This document shows positions 60,640 through 64,000 of a stretch of DNA of 64,000 bases, piece after piece. The DNA is taken from positions 12,949-76,948 of the IMG/VR virus record IMGVR_UViG_3300005099_000066; one strand, 5' to 3'. The stretch comes from a virus. The stretch's first letter is position 1, and each line of letters starts with the position of its first letter. The position numbers were made by a program, and so were the translations under genes. The notes under the pieces were generated by a model, which had not been told where the DNA came from, ran no database searches, and saw only the letters and a program-made list of their open reading frames with translations.

Positions 60640-61194
60640 TTATGACTCCTTTATATAAATATTCACTTTTGTTGGGTCTGATGAATCCAAATATATTTGC
60701 AAGTCTTCTATGTTGAATTGTGCTCCATATCTCTTTAAATTTGCTAATGACTTGTGTATATTCAGTAGCATAGTCATTCTTGTCATTTCTGTGTATTTTT
60801 GACTATATTTTCCAGCTACAAGTAATCCTGCCCCAATACCACCAACTTCCTCACCAAATACAATTCTTGGCAGAAAGTCTTTTAAAGATGTTCCGAGATT
60901 GTCAATTTCCAAGTCCCAAATTTTATTATCATCTTTGAAACAAACAAAACTTTTTAGTTCTGAGCTTAACACATTTAATGTAATTTTTCCAATTCTAAAA
61001 TACTCAATCAATTGTTCTTCTTCTGTTTCTTCAGTTAAACTTTTGAGTGCTACTTGTTCGTAGTAGCCTTTCCGAACTGAACCACAAACCAAATTAGGAA
61101 GTTTTGCTGTTGGTTCTCCTTCTGTTATATCAATAACTGAAACAAGATTTGTTTTTTCAAATACAGTTAATTCAACAGCAGAATAATTTGCCAT
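60640..61194 (-). CDS. Baseplate protein, gp25/W-like position, paralog B
   Basis: Shares KSFVCFK..WDL, LPRIxFGEEVGGIGxGLLVxGKYSQKYT and LDSSDPTKV with 59186..59710. Confidence 0.5.
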   Translation of the reverse strand: MANYSAVELTVFEKTNLVSVIDITEGEPTAKLPNLVCGSVRKGYYEQVALKSLTEETEEEQLIEYFRIGKITLNVLSSELKSFVCFKDDNKIWDLEIDNLGTSLKDFLPRIVFGEEVGGIGAGLLVAGKYSQKYTEMTRMTMLLNIHKSLANLKRYGAQFNIEDLQIYLDSSDPTKVNIYIKES

Positions 61195-61209
61195 TATTTA
61201 AACTCCTGT

Positions 61210-62073
61210 TTAATCTCCTAATATTGGGTCAGTTCCCTGTCTTACAAGAATAGCAGCATTTCCATTATCATAGATAAATTCGTATACAATTGAATTAACA
61301 GTAACAGTATCTCCTTCAGCATACATTCCTTGTAAACTTAACCTGAGATAAGGAAGCTCAAGAATTTCTCTGCGACCTGACGAATTTATGTAAATCCATT
61401 GTTTTCCAACAAATCTGCCAGGATTTCCATCAATGGGATTTCCAAATATTGAAGAAGTTCCGTTGCCACCCATATAAGTAGCAGCATATTCAATAGAAGT
61501 AAAGCCTGTAGTATTTCCTTTGGTAATAGCTCCGTCAATAAGTATACTGTTATAGCCAGAATTATAATTTGCCCCAAGATAGTATCCAAATTCAAGACTC
61601 CTATCAGTTAACAATCCAGTGTAAACTGCTTCTGATTTATCAGCTGTTCTAAAAGCATACAAGAAATTTCCATCACTAAATAACCAAATTCCATCTGGGA
61701 ATGAAGCATAGGTTAATTTTTGTAAATAAGTGCTTCCATAATAAAAATAATCTTCATAAGAATCATAATTTGCTCCATAAGGAAAATACGAAGAATCTGG
61801 ACTATCAAATGAATTGGGGTCTTGAAATGCTGAATGTCCTGGAGGATAAGCATGAAATTCTATATCATCTCCATTTGTATAAATATGTAGTATTCCATAA
61901 GTTCCCATATGAGTTTCTGCTGTTTTCAACAAAATCTCAGTAGAGCTGGGACCAGAACCAGTATATTGACTTTCAATCCAGCCAACATTTGAATTTGTTA
62001 AGAACTCTCTCAAAGACGAAATTACTTCAGACAAAGAATTCAAACCAGTATATTTGTGCTCATACCAAGTCAT
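61210..62073 (-). CDS. Virion structural protein
   Basis: Gly/Tyr/Ser-rich protein in baseplate cluster. Confidence 0.55.
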   Translation of the reverse strand: MTWYEHKYTGLNSLSEVISSLREFLTNSNVGWIESQYTGSGPSSTEILLKTAETHMGTYGILHIYTNGDDIEFHAYPPGHSAFQDPNSFDSPDSSYFPYGANYDSYEDYFYYGSTYLQKLTYASFPDGIWLFSDGNFLYAFRTADKSEAVYTGLLTDRSLEFGYYLGANYNSGYNSILIDGAITKGNTTGFTSIEYAATYMGGNGTSSIFGNPIDGNPGRFVGKQWIYINSSGRREILELPYLRLSLQGMYAEGDTVTVNSIVYEFIYDNGNAAILVRQGTDPILGD

Positions 62074-62075
62074 AA

Positions 62076-62603
62076 TTAAACCTCCTCATAGTTATACAAA
62101 ATTCCATCTGACAAGATTTTTGAGGAATCCTTTTCAAAAATCTTGTTTAAAGTTTTTAAGTCAGCCAGAGCTATTACCATTCCCAAAACTTTCTGTGGAT
62201 ATACAAATGAAATCATTCCATATCTGTTATTTTTTCCTTTCAGTTCCTGAACTTCATAATCTATATCAAAATTCTTTTTTAAATGATAAGACAATCTAAC
62301 AGAAAATGGTTTGCTTCTTTCTTTGGAACGAATATCATAACCAACCATACCTCCACCATACTTATTTAATGTTAAAACAACATAAAGATTAGCATTTATT
62401 TTATTAGCAAAAAATCCTCTTTCTCTAAAAGAACCATGACCCAGAAAGAAAGCCAAGTTGCCTGTTTCCTCAAGATTTATTGCTGTGTCTAAAGCTATTT
62501 TTGACAATATGTGAGCTTCTTTTCCCATTGGAGTTGTTAGTCCCCGTCCTGCCAACTTTTTTGGCCTCCCCCAGAGTGTTGTTAATACTACTTTCATAGT
62601 CAT
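62076..62603 (-). CDS. Degenerate N-acetylmuramoyl-L-alanine amidase (Amidase_3-like)
   Basis: KEAHIL...RERGFFANKINANLYVVLTLN mirrors E...R...AN..ADxxxSIHxN but lacks the His ligands. Confidence 0.45.
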   Translation of the reverse strand: MTMKVVLTTLWGRPKKLAGRGLTTPMGKEAHILSKIALDTAINLEETGNLAFFLGHGSFRERGFFANKINANLYVVLTLNKYGGGMVGYDIRSKERSKPFSVRLSYHLKKNFDIDYEVQELKGKNNRYGMISFVYPQKVLGMVIALADLKTLNKIFEKDSSKILSDGILYNYEEV

Positions 62604-62610
62604 TCCTCCT

Positions 62611-63549
62611 TTAATCAATTTTGACTGATGAAGAACTTATATCTGTAAAAATATCCGTATTTGGATTTAAAACTATTCCTATGCACATTAGTGCTGAAAT
62701 TACAGTATTTATACTCATTTGCAAATTTGTTAAATGAAATTGTGTTTGTGAATCTCTGACTGCCTTATATGTTGGCGATTGTCCAAGTCTTACATCATTA
62801 CTTTGACCAACTATTCTTGATGCCTCTACGAAAAATTCAGAAGTTAATTCAACAGAAACAGACTTTCCTTCATGTTTTATAGATTCTACATCTGACTCTA
62901 CAGAGTCTCCTATCAAATCTGTTTTGCTGAATTTAAGGTTAATTTCTTCAATAAAGGCTTCAACTTTTTGGGAAATCAAATGCAAAAATTCAGTAGCAAA
63001 ACTAATTGCTTTCGAAGCAACATTAAATACATTTACGACAAATTTCAAAAGTTTATTTTTTGTGAATGATATAATATTGTTCGATGTATTATAAGTTATA
63101 GAAAATACTGTAGATGGATATTGATTTCCTCCCAATTTCAATGAAATTCTGTCCCCTGACAAAGGAATTCTTCCAGACAACTCGGCCATTCCATCACTTG
63201 TTATTTTTATCAAGGCATTGGAAAAGGGATGCATATATCCAAAGTCAGCTTCATCAAGAATAAGCTGATTTCCTGGCAAATTTTCAGGATAGCTTTTTGG
63301 CAATACTCCAATAATAATCCATTCCTCTGATTCTGTGTATAACAAAACTACGGAACTATCTTTTTTCAATATTCTAAAATCAATAGAACTTTGAACACCA
63401 TCAACAACTATTTGTAAAGAAGGAATGAAAACTTTATATGTTCCCAGAGGAACTCCATAACCGTAATCATCAAGGTTTCTCTCAATTTCTTTTATGGTTC
63501 CAAAAAATACAGGATTTGTCAGTATTTCTTTTTGAATTTTTCTTAACAT
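62611..63549 (-). CDS. Baseplate spike / gpV-gp45-like protein
   Basis: N-terminal OB-like region (FGTIKEI...VVLLY...IIIGVL) followed by beta-rich repeats. Confidence 0.6.
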   Translation of the reverse strand: MLRKIQKEILTNPVFFGTIKEIERNLDDYGYGVPLGTYKVFIPSLQIVVDGVQSSIDFRILKKDSSVVLLYTESEEWIIIGVLPKSYPENLPGNQLILDEADFGYMHPFSNALIKITSDGMAELSGRIPLSGDRISLKLGGNQYPSTVFSITYNTSNNIISFTKNKLLKFVVNVFNVASKAISFATEFLHLISQKVEAFIEEINLKFSKTDLIGDSVESDVESIKHEGKSVSVELTSEFFVEASRIVGQSNDVRLGQSPTYKAVRDSQTQFHLTNLQMSINTVISALMCIGIVLNPNTDIFTDISSSSVKID

Positions 63550-63557
63550 AATGCCTC

Positions 63558-64000
63558 CTACAGCATATAAGTTGCGTAGTTAAAGGCTATTCTTATTCTA
63601 TCTTTATAGTAAGGGTCAGATGGTAGAGCCAAAATTCTATTTCCTACTTTCAATACACTTCCAGGAGAAGATTTTTTATTGTCCAACTGTGATTTTACTT
63701 TTTCCAAGTAATTTAACACAAAATCTCCATAACCAGTAGAATTATAATATACCCAAACATATGGAGCGTCAGAATTTGCCTTTTGCCACTCGAACTCCCC
63801 CGTGGGAACTGTTGAACCTGTGACAGGAATAACTCTGAGTGTTAATGATGGAGAACGAGAAATGATATTAGAAACTAATGAAGAAAAAACATTATCCCAA
63901 TCAATTTCAAGAGTGTAGTTGTTAGAACGAATTCCCTTAAATCCAATGGGATATGAAAATTCATAAGTTTTTATTCCAAATGACCCAGAGGCAGTGTGTG
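63558..64000 (-). CDS. Partial CDS, probable tail/baseplate hub protein (3' end only)
   Basis: Open frame from window end ...HTASGSFGIKTYEFSYPIG...AFNYATYML* with TAG at 63558-63560. Confidence 0.5.
   Translation of the reverse strand, partial: HTASGSFGIKTYEFSYPIGFKGIRSNNYTLEIDWDNVFSSLVSNIISRSPSLTLRVIPVTGSTVPTGEFEWQKANSDAPYVWVYYNSTGYGDFVLNYLEKVKSQLDNKKSSPGSVLKVGNRILALPSDPYYKDRIRIAFNYATYML

Noticed and set aside
53270-61194. Diversity-generating retroelement or invertase-driven fibre switching
   Set aside because: No reverse transcriptase, recombinase or adenine-variable repeat pair seen; the paralogs differ at all base types.
2253-62299. Many opposite-strand or nested ORFs in the track (e.g. 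2253, 4150, 9706, 29223, 38130, 56510)
   Set aside because: They lie within longer motif-bearing genes and have antisense-type composition.

Overview
AT-rich (~30% GC by eye), gene-dense 64 kb segment of a large tailed dsDNA phage with a contractile-tail (myovirus-type) baseplate. The host is probably bacterial, and possibly a thermophilic anaerobe (inference: SD AGGAGG, RecA, sigma-like and NusG-like genes, murein hydrolases, B12-dependent NrdJ, Lys/Glu/Ile/Tyr-rich proteins). There are three blocks. (1) 1-11030, minus strand: a primase split by a +1 frameshift, terminase large subunit, a nucleoside-deoxyribosyltransferase-like protein, two PurD-like ATP-grasp ligases and fibre proteins. (2) 11350-51276, plus strand: early small ORFs behind a repeated promoter/RBS cassette, then nucleotide metabolism, replication and recombination genes (NrdJ, UDG-PolA, SSB, RecA, NusG-like, SbcCD, RuvC, SNF2, DnaB, dUTPase, thymidylate-synthase homolog, HD nucleotidase). 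(3) 51330-64000, minus strand: baseplate/tail genes, a PLD nuclease and a sigma-like gene. Best novelty candidates: a predicted thymidine hypermodification pathway (dUMP hydroxymethylase + glycosyltransferase + PIG-L deacetylase, possibly giving an amino-sugar-hmU base); a tandem PurD-like ligase/N-glycosidase module between terminase and fibre genes; a UCC-UGA +1 frameshift in primase; and a phage NusG paralog. All calls are by-eye motif recognition; no database searches were run. No tRNA, CRISPR, integrase or intein was seen.
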